Part shown: positions 63,304 to 64,000 of the stretch, piece by piece | Position numbering within the stretch: position 1 is the first letter of the stretch | Layout of the letters: every line of letters starts with the position of its first letter | Source of the DNA: Harriotta raleighana | Taxonomy: Eukaryota | Assembly (NCBI GenBank): GCA_050575255.1 | Contig: JBNZDD010013678.1 | Location: 487,255 to 551,254, forward strand | Length of the DNA stretch: 64,000 nucleotides | Direction: 5' to 3' | Translations under genes and position numbers: made by a program | The notes under the pieces: model-generated | Told to the model about the DNA's origin: nothing | Database searches by the model: none | What the model saw: the letters and a program-made list of their open reading frames with translations, nothing else

Positions 63304-63800
63304 AACAACAACAACAACAACTTGGATTTATATAGCGCTCTAACTCCACGCAAAACGGCATCTCAGATCGCTTCCCAATAACGGATCCCAGGGCTGAGCC
63401 AGGGGGGAGGGGGAAGAAGGTGACCGAAAGTGCGGTCGAAAAGAAACGTCTTTCGCCGAGACCTGAAAATAGGAAAGGAGGGGGCGAGGCGAAGGGAGTG
63501 AGGGAGGGAGTTCCAAAACCTCAGGGCGTAGTGGCTAAAGGCACGGCAGCCAATGGTGGAGCGAATGATTCGGGGGACAAGGAGGAGGCCAGACCCGGTG
63601 GAGTGAAGACAACGAGTACTATTGTGAGGAGAGAGGAGGTCAGAGAAGTAGAGGGATTTAAATACAAGCATGAGGATCTTGAAATTGATCCTCTTCGGGA
63701 CAGGGAACCAGTGCAATCTGGCAAGGGCTGGGGTAATTGGGGAGTGGAGTTTGGTGCGGGTGAGAATGTGAGCGGAGGAGTTCTGTACTTCAAGAGCCTG
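63304..63800 (-). mobile_element. L2-clade LINE, ~500-bp 3' fragment (ORF2 C-terminus + tail)
   Basis: QNSSAHILTRTK.HSPITPALARLHWFPVPKRINFKILMLVFKSL...STIGCRAFSHYALRFWNSLPHSLRLAPSFPIFRSRRKTFLFDRTFG, with an (AAC)n tail at 63304-63321. A short CR1 tail abuts at ~63252-63296. Confidence 0.95.
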
Positions 63801-64000
63801 CGCTCCAAAGTGTATTAAAACGTGATTTCTCCAGGAATGAAAGACAACGATTGCGAACTATGCGAAGATCCAAAGCGATCGCTAGCCAACTCAGCTATAT
63901 TGTGAACAAATCTGACACCAATTGAACACGTTTCCCAATGTCAACTCCAATTAATTTTTCAGCTGAAGGAAATAGTCGTACGCTCAACATGCACTCTTGT

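Overview
AT-rich vertebrate non-coding DNA with no recognisable intact protein-coding gene. The repeat content points to a cartilaginous fish, probably a chimaera: the dominant SINE resembles my recollection of elephant-shark SINE2-1_CM, which is an inference and not a database hit. The window is dominated by a tRNA-derived SINE with a Deu-like body and an L2-derived tail (dozens of copies and fragments in long, intermediate and short variants). It also holds 3'-end fragments of L2 and CR1 LINEs, one pogo/Tigger-like non-autonomous DNA transposon, a Penelope-type repeat with a decayed hammerhead motif, older SINE relics and microsatellites. TE-poor islands rich in homeodomain/PBX/SOX/POU motifs suggest a gene desert or large intron near a developmental gene. 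The assembly has artefacts: single-N joins with duplicated flanks, poly-G runs and a 260-N gap. Nearly all listed ORFs are translations of repeats. I found no convincing novel multi-gene system. The best leads are a SINE-anchored inverted duplication (12.6-14.9 kb), a traceable evolutionary series of a modular SINE with nested insertions, and a perfect 42-bp direct repeat at 60.5/61.5 kb.
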